This document shows positions 1 through 10,300 of a stretch of DNA of 64,000 nt, piece by piece. Both the position numbers and the translations under genes were made by a program. The stretch spans positions 752 through 64,751 of the forward strand of contig JAAYJH010000054.1 of assembly GCA_012523035.1 (NCBI GenBank). Direction: 5' to 3'. Numbering within the stretch: the stretch's first letter is position 1; every line of letters begins with the position of its first letter. This DNA is from Fibrobacter sp. GTDB taxonomy: Bacteria; Fibrobacterota; Fibrobacteria; Fibrobacterales; Fibrobacteraceae. The notes below the pieces were generated by a model. The model did not search any database, was not told where the DNA came from, and was given only the letters and a program-made list of their open reading frames with translations.

Positions 1-1
1 T

Positions 2-190
2 GCAGACAAACCTGTGATTCAAAAAGCTTTAGTGAAACTAGATGACGCTCCGTTTCAATACTTTGCCTCTCAACGAGAACTATGGGCTCAAACAGAGTCT
101 TATAGCTATCCTGGACCTATCCAATATTGGGGACCAAGCGAAGTGGCAGACTCCACCACTGTCACTATTCAGTTAGAGCAAAATCGCTAG
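2..190 (+). CDS. 3' terminal fragment (62 codons) of an unidentified CDS entering from the left window edge
   Basis: Frame 2 is open from the window edge to TAG at 188-190 (...SEVADSTTVTIQLEQNR*). A hairpin/T-run terminator follows. No motif I can name. Confidence 0.35.
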   Translation, partial: ADKPVIQKALVKLDDAPFQYFASQRELWAQTESYSYPGPIQYWGPSEVADSTTVTIQLEQNR

Positions 191-210
191 TTTTTGGCTA
201 TTTTTATGTG

Positions 211-241
211 AAAGGGCTAGTTTTTCTAGCCCTTTTTTTTT
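211..241 (+). terminator. Rho-independent terminator
   Basis: 10-bp stem aaagggctag/ctagcccttt with a 5-nt loop, running into a T-run (233-241). It lies between convergent genes. Confidence 0.65.
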
Positions 242-254
242 GTTTTCGATGAAT

Positions 255-446
255 TTATTTAAGATTTGGAAGCGTGACTATGTCTCTAAAGTCTAATTTA
301 GATTCTTCTGTATCACCTATTGGAACTAAACGGGCTATGGGTTTGCCTGCTCGTTCTATGATGATTTCTTCTCCTAAAATAGACACTTCATTGAGTAAGG
401 CACCAAAGTTTTGACGCACTTCCATTGCAGAGACTGATTTACTCAT
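255..446 (-). CDS. Phd/YefM-family antitoxin-like protein (63 aa), no cognate toxin
   Basis: N-terminal pattern VSAMEVRQNFGALLNEV..GEEIIIERAGKPIARLVP is typical of Phd/YefM antitoxins. The start overlaps the stop of the upstream OmpA-like gene by 8 nt. Confidence 0.6.
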   Translation of the reverse strand: MSKSVSAMEVRQNFGALLNEVSILGEEIIIERAGKPIARLVPIGDTEESKLDFRDIVTLPNLK

Positions 447-1440
447 TTTTTAAAGATTTATCCTTGATCACTAAATCTACACGACGGTTCTTTTGACGGC
501 CTTCTTTGGTTTTATTATCTGCAATGGGCATGCTCATGCCAAGGCCTTTAGAAGTCAATCGTTTGGAGTCGATGCCTTGTTCAACTAAAAAGTCTAAAAC
601 GCCTTTGGCTCGTTGCTCAGAAAGTTTTAGGTTGTGTTCTTTTGAGCCGGTGTTGTCTGTGTGCCCTTCTACAATCACATGAAATTCTTGATATACCGAT
701 AAAATTCCAGCTACTTTGGCTAGACTGGTTTTTAAGTCTGCTTTTAATGTGGCCTTGTTTACATCAAACAGAATGTCTGACATCGAAAGGATAATTCCAC
801 GAGCATCTTGAGTGACCATGATTAGCTTGGATTGTAATTCATTGAGTTTGTTTTTGGCTTCTTTTTGCCTTTCTTCTGCTTTTTTGCGTTCTTCATCCAG
901 TGCTTTTTTTAGAGCCGCTTCTCTGGCCTGTGCTTCTGCTTTTAATGAGTCTTCTCGTTGTTTTGCTTTTTGCTTGAGCTCTTCGCTTGTCATGGCTGCT
1001 CTTTCTTTTTCTTCTTCTAAATCCCTGGCAATATTAGAGCTTTTTTCTAAATAAAAATTTTCTATGGCTTCTTTCATTTGAATGAGTGCTTGTATTTGTT
1101 TGTTTTTTTCTTCAAAAAGCTGTAGTATAGAGTCTAAAATTGCTTGATTGCTTGCTTGTGTTTGGATAAGCTTTTGGTATAGAGAGCAAGAGCTCTGAAA
1201 TGCTTGCAATAGGGGTGAATCGGGCTTTTTTTGTTCTAGTTCTAGCATTAAACTTACTTTTTCTAGAGCTTCTGCCACATTGATTTTGGATTCATAAGCA
1301 TTAGGAGGGATTTCTTTAGAAAGTTTTTCTAATGCAGCCAAACATTGAGACACTTGCCAGTCTGGAGTTTTTGCTGAGCTTTCTGTGTTTGCAAAGACTA
1401 GTGCAAGGCCAAAAACTAAAATCGTTAAATATATCCTCAT
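439..1440 (-). CDS. OmpA/MotB-family peptidoglycan-binding protein with signal peptide and long coiled coil
   Basis: Signal peptide MRIYLTILVFGLALVFA. Central E/K/A-rich coiled coil. C-terminal OmpA_C motif VEGHTDNTGSKEHNLKLSEQRAKGV...NRRVDLVI. Confidence 0.8.
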   Translation of the reverse strand: MRIYLTILVFGLALVFANTESSAKTPDWQVSQCLAALEKLSKEIPPNAYESKINVAEALEKVSLMLELEQKKPDSPLLQAFQSSCSLYQKLIQTQASNQAILDSILQLFEEKNKQIQALIQMKEAIENFYLEKSSNIARDLEEEKERAAMTSEELKQKAKQREDSLKAEAQAREAALKKALDEERKKAEERQKEAKNKLNELQSKLIMVTQDARGIILSMSDILFDVNKATLKADLKTSLAKVAGILSVYQEFHVIVEGHTDNTGSKEHNLKLSEQRAKGVLDFLVEQGIDSKRLTSKGLGMSMPIADNKTKEGRQKNRRVDLVIKDKSLKNE

Positions 1441-1808
1441 TTTTTACCCTTTAAACTTTGTAGTTTTTCGTTCATTTTTTTTAGTTTTTCTTCTGTTTGA
1501 GCGATTTCTTTTTTTAAGGAATCGTGTTTTTCTTGAAGTGTTTTTTGTTCGTTTTGAGCTAAGGCCAAACGGTATTCTAGTGAAGCTTCTTGCGATAAGA
1601 CTAAAGCTTCGTCTGTTTTGTCTAAATCTTGTAATTCTTTAGCTTCTTTTAGCTTTTGATCTGTGTTTTTAGATGGGATCGATGCTTGATTTGTTGTTTT
1701 TTGCAAGGATTCTGATCCTTTAATAGACGCTTCTGCCAAAGCACTGTTAGACGCACACGAAACGAGCAATAACAGTGAAGACAAGATAAAATATCGTTTT
1801 ATAGTCAT
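1437..1808 (-). CDS. Small coiled-coil lipoprotein, possibly DUF4398-like
   Basis: Lipobox LLLVSC-AS followed by a K/E/Q-rich helical sequence. A 4-nt overlap links it to the downstream OmpA-family gene, a pairing I recall for DUF4398 proteins. Confidence 0.5.
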   Translation of the reverse strand: MTIKRYFILSSLLLLVSCASNSALAEASIKGSESLQKTTNQASIPSKNTDQKLKEAKELQDLDKTDEALVLSQEASLEYRLALAQNEQKTLQEKHDSLKKEIAQTEEKLKKMNEKLQSLKGKK

Positions 1809-1920
1809 AAAACCTCCATAACCTATAAACTATCGAAACATATAATTTACATTTTTTTTTGTTAAAAGATTCTTTTAACTTTAATTATTTATATTTTAAT
1901 TTGAAATAAAAGGATTTTTA

Positions 1921-3222
1921 ATGCCGATTCCCACTAAATCTTATTCTATCACTCAATACTTAAAATCTGTAAAAAACTTAATATTTAATAAAGTTCCTCC
2001 TATTTGGATCCATGGAGTTTTGACTCAAATCAAAGAGCAAGGGGCTCTTGTCTATTTAAGCATCGCCGAATTTAACCCAAACGATGTTAAACCTGTGGCA
2101 ACTCTCAGTTTATATGCTTTTAGAAATGACTACAATAAATTAAAATTAAAACTTTCTTCGCTAGTGAAGCCCTTTGCTTTGACAGAGCAAACTAAAGTGA
2201 GTTTGTTTGTTCAAGCTGACTTTTATATTCCTTATGGTAAATTCCAGTCTAAAATTTTGGATATAGACCCGTCTTATACCTTGGGAGAGCTTGCACTCAC
2301 TAGAGAACGCATTTTACAAGATCTTAAAAAAGAGGGGTTGTTACGCAAAAATGCTGAATTAGAATTTCCTTTGGTCCCGCTTCAAATTGGCTTGATCACT
2401 AGTGAAAATTCTGCTGCTCACCGAGATTTTATAAGTCAGCTCCAAGAAAGCCCTTTTCAATTTAAGGTGTTCGAGGCTTTTGCACGCATGCAAGGAAACG
2501 AAACGGAAAATAGCATTTTAGAGGCTTTGGGAACTCTTAGAGTGCACGAAGACCTAGATGTGGTGTGCATTATTCGAGGTGGAGGCTCAAAAACAGACTT
2601 GAATTACTTTGATAGCGAAGCTTTGTGCCGAGCAATTGCTTTGTTTCCAAAACCAGTTTTGACCGGGATAGGTCACGAAATTGATCAAAGTTTAGTGGAT
2701 CTAGTGGCTTGGTATGCTTGCATTACCCCCACAGCTTGTGCTAAGTTTTTAATCGAAAAGAATGAAGAGGCTTGGTTCAAAACTCAAGAAATCATGCAAT
2801 CTATTAAAAATAGAATCACAAAGCGATTACCCCAAGAGTCAGAAAAGCTCCTTTATATTCGAGATGCTTTGTTGTATAAAAGCACCCAACACTCTACCAA
2901 AGAAAAAGAAAAAATCAAATATATTTTAAATACCCTTCAAAAAACTAGTCCCAGGATCCTTAAAAATGAATATGAAATTTTGATTCGCTATCAAACAGGC
3001 TTGATTTTTGGGAGTCAAAAAATCTTTGATTTAGAACATATGAAATTCAAATCCATGAGCCAAAAACTGGCTTTATTGGACCCTAAAAACATCCTTAAAA
3101 AAGGCTATACCCTTAGTTACAATGCTCAAGGGGAAGTTTTAAAAAGTGCTCATCAACTAAAAATAGGTGAAGTTGTAGAAACTCAATTTCATGATGGAAA
3201 AATAAAATCCACCGTGAATTAA
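1921..3222 (+). CDS. xseA: Exodeoxyribonuclease VII large subunit
   Basis: 433 aa with an N-terminal OB-fold region. Matching motifs: GLITSENSAAHRDF, IIRGGGSKTDLNYFDSE and TGIGHEIDQSLVDLVA. Confidence 0.9.
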   Translation: MPIPTKSYSITQYLKSVKNLIFNKVPPIWIHGVLTQIKEQGALVYLSIAEFNPNDVKPVATLSLYAFRNDYNKLKLKLSSLVKPFALTEQTKVSLFVQADFYIPYGKFQSKILDIDPSYTLGELALTRERILQDLKKEGLLRKNAELEFPLVPLQIGLITSENSAAHRDFISQLQESPFQFKVFEAFARMQGNETENSILEALGTLRVHEDLDVVCIIRGGGSKTDLNYFDSEALCRAIALFPKPVLTGIGHEIDQSLVDLVAWYACITPTACAKFLIEKNEEAWFKTQEIMQSIKNRITKRLPQESEKLLYIRDALLYKSTQHSTKEKEKIKYILNTLQKTSPRILKNEYEILIRYQTGLIFGSQKIFDLEHMKFKSMSQKLALLDPKNILKKGYTLSYNAQGEVLKSAHQLKIGEVVETQFHDGKIKSTVN

Positions 3223-4475
3223 GTGTCAGGACTAGGCTTTATCAAAAGCACTTTTTCCATTCTGGTTCCATCCATCGCTAATACTCGTATTTTATGACCT
3301 TCTAGCTCAAGCTCTGCACCAGGAGAAGGGATGGTCCCTAGTGTGGCTTGAATAAGCCCCGAAAGGGTTTCTATATGAGAATTTTCTGGCACCTTAAATT
3401 TTATTTTAAGTTCGTATTCAATATCAGAAAGAGTCATTAATGGATCTAAAATATAGCGATCATTTTTTAATTTTTGGATAGTCTCTTCGACATCATCTTC
3501 ATCTTTGATTTCTCCAACGATTTCTTCTAAAATATCTTCCACTGTCACTAGGCCAGCGGTTCCACCATATTCATCGATTACAATGGCTATTTGTGTCCCA
3601 TTGCGTCGAAGTTCATTCAAAAGGTCATCTATTTTTTTGTCGTATGGTACAAAAAAAGCAGGCATCACTAAAGATTCTAAATTAAATTCACCGTCTCTGT
3701 GTTCTGTGAACCACTCCAAAAAGTCTCTATTGGATAAAATCCCAATAATATTATCTATGGAGTTTTTATAAACCGGTAACCTAGAATGCCTTTCATTGTT
3801 TAGGGTATGAATGGTGTCTCTTAGCGTAGACTTTACATCTATGGCACACATATCCACTCGTGGGGTCATGATTTCTCGGACCGGAGTTTCTACAAAATCG
3901 AATATATTCAAAATCATCTGTCGCTCATCTTCTTCTAAGCCGTCTTCTTTTTTAGAGCTCATGTCGGCTTGAATGGCGTCTCTTTGATCTTCGGATAAAA
4001 AACTCAATTTAGTATCATAGCCACACCAAGAAAGCAACTTATGATATATATAGTGAGCCAAGTAAGCGGGGACTATCACAGGAAGTCGAATCCATTTGTA
4101 AATAGGTTCTAGTATTATGGAAAACAGTTTGGGTTTAATATGGCCCAATAAATTTGGTAAAAAGATGGTCAAAACATAAACCACTAAGCCAGCGAATAAC
4201 AAGTAAACAACTATAGACAAGAGGGGGCCAAAAAACTTTTCAATAAAAGGCTTGCATTGAATATAAGCCAACAAAGACACACTCATATTTGAGAACAAAC
4301 GGCCTATAGAAATACTTTCATTGAAGCCATTAGATTCTACATAAGCGTGAATTCGTTTTTCTCTAGGACTCAAATCTCTCTTTTCTTTACGAGAGTATAG
4401 GCTTAAAAAAACTACTTTTATAAAGGAATATAAAGTGGAAAGGATTAAAAGGAATAAAGTCCAAAAAAGCATCAT
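3219..4475 (-). CDS. CNNM/HlyC-CorC family membrane protein (DUF21 TM domain, CBS pair, CorC_HlyC)
   Basis: N-terminal TM helices, a CBS-pair region (REIMTPRVDM..., IGILSNRD) and a C-terminal transporter-associated domain. It lies directly downstream of ybeY, as in many bacteria. Confidence 0.85.
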   Translation of the reverse strand: MMLFWTLFLLILSTLYSFIKVVFLSLYSRKEKRDLSPREKRIHAYVESNGFNESISIGRLFSNMSVSLLAYIQCKPFIEKFFGPLLSIVVYLLFAGLVVYVLTIFLPNLLGHIKPKLFSIILEPIYKWIRLPVIVPAYLAHYIYHKLLSWCGYDTKLSFLSEDQRDAIQADMSSKKEDGLEEDERQMILNIFDFVETPVREIMTPRVDMCAIDVKSTLRDTIHTLNNERHSRLPVYKNSIDNIIGILSNRDFLEWFTEHRDGEFNLESLVMPAFFVPYDKKIDDLLNELRRNGTQIAIVIDEYGGTAGLVTVEDILEEIVGEIKDEDDVEETIQKLKNDRYILDPLMTLSDIEYELKIKFKVPENSHIETLSGLIQATLGTIPSPGAELELEGHKIRVLAMDGTRMEKVLLIKPSPDT

Positions 4476-4476
4476 T

Positions 4477-4923
4477 TTAAGTGGACTCCCCGTATAAATC
4501 GATTCCTAAAAACTCGCATTCTCGAGTTCTCATTCGCTTTCTATCGCTTGTTTTAAGGTGATCATAACCGCACAAATGAAGGACCCCGTGCACCAAAACT
4601 CGTTTTAGTTCATCGAGATAAGAATTGCCATACAAAGGTGCTTGTTTTTGAACCTGTTCTAGTGCGATATAAATTTCCCCCAACAAAAAGCTCTCGTGCC
4701 ACTCAAAAGATAAAACATCGGTCACCTTATCGATTTGACGGTGCTCTGCATTTAAAGCACGAATAAATTCATTGGTGCAAAAAATCACATTGACATTTTG
4801 AGAAAAACCTTCTTCTATCAAAAGTTTTTTTGCAAGGTCTTTAAGAGAATCACCCCACGGTTGTTCAGAAGCCTCCCCCTCGTATAAAAACTCTATTTCA
4901 AACAGACTACTCGGGTCGGGCAT
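4477..4923 (-). CDS. ybeY: Endoribonuclease YbeY (rRNA maturation)
   Basis: 148 aa with the zinc motif HGVLHLCGYDH. Confidence 0.9.
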   Translation of the reverse strand: MPDPSSLFEIEFLYEGEASEQPWGDSLKDLAKKLLIEEGFSQNVNVIFCTNEFIRALNAEHRQIDKVTDVLSFEWHESFLLGEIYIALEQVQKQAPLYGNSYLDELKRVLVHGVLHLCGYDHLKTSDRKRMRTRECEFLGIDLYGEST

Positions 4924-5207
4924 TAAAAATCATACCATTTGTTAAAGGTTTCCATGATTGCTTTTGCTTGATCTTTACTAGTCACATTGAACTTGCTTCT
5001 TTGTCTTAAAACCCCTCTAAATTTTTGAAAACGACGGATAGTGACTTTGGGATCCCCAAATTCTCCGGTGTTTAGATCTTTTTCTTGGTAAAGAAACATA
5101 ATGGTTTGCCAAGCTCCTTTGGTCAAATATTCTTTAGCAAGTTCTTTTACTACCAAGTCACCGTTTTCATCAAACTCTTCTACTGTTGGTTCTGTGATAT
5201 CCGTCAC
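4923..5207 (-). CDS. Hypothetical 94-aa protein
   Basis: Clean ORF with a 1-nt stop/start overlap (TAATG) with ybeY. No recognisable motif. Confidence 0.5.
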   Translation of the reverse strand: MTDITEPTVEEFDENGDLVVKELAKEYLTKGAWQTIMFLYQEKDLNTGEFGDPKVTIRRFQKFRGVLRQRSKFNVTSKDQAKAIMETFNKWYDF

Positions 5208-5465
5208 GACAAATAACCTCGTTTTTTACAAATGCAGTATATTTTATATAGTAATTTTAAGGCTCTAGATTCCGTTTACAAATAAAAAGAAACGAATACA
5301 AGTTTTAAAAATACTACTTAACAAGAAATATACATTATTTTAGTGTTTTTATTCCTCATGTTTTTATATTTAATCCTATTTTCACTAAAAAGCATTAGTT
5401 TTATAAAAGAGCCACCATTCTATATTTATCGCATTTACAAACTGAATTGCTTTTAAGGAGAACAC

Positions 5466-7358
5466 ATGTCACAAAAAAAACTTTTTTTTACAGTCTTGTG
5501 CTTCATTTTTCTCTTCGGTTCTCTTGATGCTAATGCATCTACTGGCAAAGTTCGTTCTGTATTGGGAGATGTCAGTTTACAAAAAAAATCACAAGGAGCG
5601 TGGCGGCCCCTTCGAGTGAGCATGAGCGTTTCGGAAGCCGATTTTATTCGCACCCTTCTTGAATCTCAAACCATCATTTCTATTCCAGATGGCAGCTCTA
5701 TCACAGTAGAAGAAAACTCATTGGTCACACTAGAAAAACTTTTTGCTCCCAAAGGAAGCAAAGAAACGGCTTTGGATATCAAGCAAGGGCGACTTCAATT
5801 TGATATTCAAAAGCAAAACTCTGCATCGGGTTCTTTTCAATTCAAAACAGGAACAGCTACAGCCGCCATTCGAGGGACTAGCGGTGGTATCGGTCTTTAT
5901 CGAAAAGGTCTTTTTGCTGGATTGCAAGAGGGACTTTTAGAAGTAGAAGATTTTCAGGGAAACAAAGTCCTTTTAAGAAAAGGTCAAACTTTGATTCAAG
6001 ATTCTTTACAAGGATTTATCATCATAGACAACCCTCTCTCTGGAAACTCTGATTTTTCTAAAGCCCTGCAAGAATTTTTAAACGACACCACTCGAGCAGA
6101 TGAAATCACACCCGCCTTACTAGATTCTTTAAGTGATGCTATCCTAGTTAAAATCAATGCCCTGCTAAAAAAAGCCAATTGTAGATTTACAGACATTCAA
6201 GACACAGTGTTTTCTCCACAAATTCAAATCAGTGGCTCCTGTGAACCCGGTATTTTAATTTTAGTGGACGGTCATTACTTGTCTCCCACTCAAAACAAAA
6301 ACATAGAACAAATAATTTCTTGGGCACCCAGTCTTGTTGGAGAAAAAAACTATCGAGTTTATTGCATAGACGACGAGGTGAGTGCACTTTGTGGTGACTT
6401 CAAGTTTAACTATGCTAACCCCTTACTTTCTAATAAACAGGCTCCATCCAATACTTTTACCATCACTAGCCCCAAAAGCCTAGAACTTTGCGAGAAAAAT
6501 ACTTTTAAAATAGAAGGATTTTTTGAAAGCACGCACCCCGACATAGAACTTAAGATTCACTTTGCAGGGAACACCACAGAAAACTTAATCGCCCACGCAG
6601 AAGAAAACAAGTTTTCCAAAACTTTCTCTGTCAGCGACCTCAACAATACTTGGAATGAAACAAAAGCAATTGTAGAAATGAGTAGTCCTCATGGAATTAT
6701 TAAAAAAGAAGAAATTTCTCTAAAAATCGACAAAAAATGCAAAGCAATCAACCAAATTCCATCACAAATCCAGTGGATATCCAATGACTCTTTAAAGTGT
6801 CGTGCCTCTTTTAGAATTAGTAATGCCAAAGACGATGAAACCTTAGTATCAACTCATATCGACAATTCTCTATCCACAGAAACTCTCTACCAAGGCAACC
6901 AAAACAGAATCTTTTACAAACTCAAACCAGGAGTGCACCTTTATCGATTCAAAGCCAGCGATTTGGCTCAAAATGAAGATGAAATCACCAAAACCTTGGG
7001 CTGTTTTCCTAAAAGACGCGTGAGTGTCCAAATCTTTGGTGCAGCTCATGAAATATGGAGGAGGCCACCGCCGCCAATAGCCAGACACTCCAAAGACTCC
7101 CTATCCCATGCCAGTCTCAAAAAAGAACTTCGATTTTACATTCAAAACATCCCTCAAAACGACCCCGCGTACATCAAAGAAGTTTTGGTGAAAAAAAATG
7201 GCATTTTGATTTTTAAGTTGCTAGAAGAACAAGTTAAAGATGTTCACTACACACTCCCTATCGATATAGATCGTGGGAGCAAAAACACATTCGAAGTTGA
7301 AGTCAAATTAAAAAGTGGAAACACCTCCAAAGCCATTAAAATATATGAGGTTAAATAA
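5466..7358 (+). CDS. Secreted FecR-domain protein (630 aa)
   Basis: AAGGAG Shine-Dalgarno upstream of the ATG. Signal peptide ...GSLDANA. FecR-like segment GKVRSVLGDVSL...FKTGTATAAIRGTSGG. No N-terminal cytoplasmic anti-sigma domain or TM helix. Confidence 0.6.
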   Translation: MSQKKLFFTVLCFIFLFGSLDANASTGKVRSVLGDVSLQKKSQGAWRPLRVSMSVSEADFIRTLLESQTIISIPDGSSITVEENSLVTLEKLFAPKGSKETALDIKQGRLQFDIQKQNSASGSFQFKTGTATAAIRGTSGGIGLYRKGLFAGLQEGLLEVEDFQGNKVLLRKGQTLIQDSLQGFIIIDNPLSGNSDFSKALQEFLNDTTRADEITPALLDSLSDAILVKINALLKKANCRFTDIQDTVFSPQIQISGSCEPGILILVDGHYLSPTQNKNIEQIISWAPSLVGEKNYRVYCIDDEVSALCGDFKFNYANPLLSNKQAPSNTFTITSPKSLELCEKNTFKIEGFFESTHPDIELKIHFAGNTTENLIAHAEENKFSKTFSVSDLNNTWNETKAIVEMSSPHGIIKKEEISLKIDKKCKAINQIPSQIQWISNDSLKCRASFRISNAKDDETLVSTHIDNSLSTETLYQGNQNRIFYKLKPGVHLYRFKASDLAQNEDEITKTLGCFPKRRVSVQIFGAAHEIWRRPPPPIARHSKDSLSHASLKKELRFYIQNIPQNDPAYIKEVLVKKNGILIFKLLEEQVKDVHYTLPIDIDRGSKNTFEVEVKLKSGNTSKAIKIYEVK

Positions 7359-10300
7359 TGCAAAAACACCTTTTCACAAAAAAATTAAAAACTTTGCTTA
7401 TTATTTTAACCCTTTTAGCGACTTCTATTTTTGCACAAAAGCCAAGCCTTTTATCGGGAGAAATTCACGGTTTTTTAACCAATAAATCCTCTCCCTATTT
7501 GGTCCAAGATTCTCTGATTGTTTCTACCAACCAAGTTTTAATTGTAGAGCCAGGAGTTCGTATTCTTTTTGAAAAAGATGCTGGCATATGGGTTCGTGAA
7601 GGACAAATTATAATCAATGGAAATTCTAGTGAAAATGTCATTTTGAAAGGCGTGGACACTAACACCATTTGGAAAGGAGTGCACCTCATTCACTCTAAAA
7701 ACTCTGAATTTAACAACCTAAAGATACGCGATGCTCAAACAGCCTTTCACATCAAAAACTCACAGCTTCAAATCAACACAGCACACATACACAAATCCAC
7801 AAATTTTGGGATTTTACTCGAAAACTCTAAACTCACCATACAAAACTCTTTATTGAGCAACAATACAATTGCAATTCAACTTGAAAACGACGATTCCGCC
7901 ATACTCAAAGATGTGTCGTTTAAAAAAAACACAGTGGCTTTCGCTTTAAAAAACACCAATTCTATAAGCTTCGACAACACCTCTTTTAACGAAAACCAAC
8001 TCGCCATTTATAACCCTCAACAGCAAAATTTAAAGCTAGAAAACACTTTTTTTCAACACAATAAACACCAATTTCAAAGCGAAGATTTCACAGCTCCATC
8101 ACTGGAGATTCCACCACTCGAGTTCACCTCGTTTATAGATGAAGAAAGCGAAGAATTAGAAGATAATGATGAAATTATTGAAGTTCCAGAAGCGCCTAGC
8201 CATAGTGCAGAAACGCAAAAGGCCCTCTTAGCAAAAGACACCACAGAAGAAAGTGCAGAAAGCAACGACGCACCACCTTCTAAATGGTCTATGCTTGGAA
8301 ACATTGCCGTTTCACTAGATTATCGACACATCAAAACAGCAAAAAATCCTGGCCCATTGCACGACATTTCTGACAATGACACCACCAAAGTCCACGATCG
8401 ATACAAAAACATCTGGGAAGTTCCAGGTTTAGCTCATGGAGCAAGTGTTTATTTGTTAATGCAAAACGGTGCATACAAAAGCATTGAATTTTCAACCGAT
8501 CTCTATTCAGACCATTGGATTTCTAAAGAAGTTCCCAATTTTAGTTTGCAATATCAAGATTCTTATCAAAAAATAAATGCTGGGAACTTTTACTTATCTC
8601 GTGGAGACCTTTATCTTTCGGGGCTTTCTATACTAGGCCTTCAATACAACTTGTCTTTGTTCGAAAATAAAAACAAAAAAACTCTTTTGACTTGGAGCAG
8701 CTTTTGGGGAGAATCCGAAAAACCAATTTTAGCGGGGATGCGAAACCCTTATGTTTATAAAGACTGGATCCAAGAAGGTGAACTAAAAGCTCAAACTTTG
8801 GTCTGGGGATCTGATATAAAGTGGCAGCCATTACGACGATTCGACGCCAATTTTGGTTTTTTAGCCTCCAAAGACGAATTAGAAAACCCCGTATTTAGAG
8901 AAGGTCAAAGCCTTTCACGCCTCACCAGTGATCCTTTGCAAAAGGCTTTATCGGCTTATGCTCAAGGGAATTGGCTCTTTTACCCCGGGGATATAGAACT
9001 CAAAGCACAAGTGGCCATAGGGCGTTCTGACACAGCCGATGTAATGGCACAAAGAGCCATTGATAAAGTGTTTAAAAAAGAGGGTTTGTCTATAGCTTCT
9101 TTACCCACTATTCGTAAACTCATGCAAAGTCCACACTTAGTCAACCGATTGTCGCGTCACGACTTGCTCGATATTTTTGGAGACTATTCCTCTCTGAGCA
9201 ATGAAACGATGCGTGATTCGCTGAGCACTTTAATTCAAAAAGCCAAAAAAACTCAAAAAGAACTTTCCAAAAAATCTGAAAGCTCTAGAAAAATGGGTTT
9301 AGATATTACCAGTCAAAATGTGGCTCTTGCAGCTTCTTTATTTTGGACTTCAGAAAAAAGTTCTTTATTTGGAAATATCAAATACATAGGTGCCAATTAT
9401 TATAGTCCTGGTTCTCCAAACCAACTCAATAATGTAAGAGAATTTGGGGGCTATTACAAGCGTATGCTCAATGAAATTTGGACAACTAAACTCGCCTACG
9501 ACCTCAATGTAGAAAATGCGAGTATAGACAAATCCCTCAACATCTTTGGACTCGCCGAAGGCACCCGATTGGGCTTATTCAATAGTGTAGATGAAAAATT
9601 CCTCAAAGAACACGAACTTAGTGTTGAACGAGTCTTGACTAAGCACCACCTTGGCCTTGAAAACAGCTTTGAATTAAGCCCTAGAACCACTCTGTTTTTG
9701 AATTTCGGAGCTTCTTACCAAAGTATGAATCGCCCTTATCGACTAAAAGCATTCATTGACGGAGAAAATGCCATTTATAATGATCCATGGTTCAAAAATA
9801 CAGGAAAAGACTCCACCATGCTAATCTATTATAGAGACACCATTCAAGTGAACACCCAAAAATGGCAAGAGTACAGCGATTTAGCCAATAAAGCCTTTAT
9901 CGCCGAGAGGTTTAAAGAAGTTTTGACAAATGGATATTTAGACCTTTCCCTATCTTATAAGATAAACAATAATGAAATTCGTTTTGCTTACATTTTTGAC
10001 ACTCGCTTAGATTTTTCATACTTTAGACGAGACTCTTTAATCAAAAACTTAGACTTGCAAGATTCGACATGGGGGAAAATGGGCTATCATTTTAATTCTG
10101 CCAACTATACAGAACAAAAATACCCTATCAGCCTAAGGTCTAATTTATCATGGTTTACAAATATATTTTCTTACGCGTATCGATATAAAAGCTATACCCT
10201 AGACAATATGAGAGAAAAAGAATGGACGCTGTCTAATACATTAGAAATCCCTTTGTTTTCAAATTTTATCACCCTTTCTTTTATGGCCGAAATGGGAGTC

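Noticed and set aside
812-1054. 80-aa plus-strand ORF inside the OmpA-family gene, and similar ORFs at 1385-1642 and 3505-3771.
   Set aside because: They are antisense to well-supported CDSs. Their low-complexity Ser/Leu/Phe-rich translations are typical of the mirror strand of Lys/Glu-rich coiled-coil coding sequence.
5453-5653. 66-aa minus-strand ORF overlapping the start of the FecR-domain gene.
   Set aside because: It overlaps the signal-peptide region of a CDS that has a perfect AAGGAG Shine-Dalgarno. It has no SD or motif of its own.
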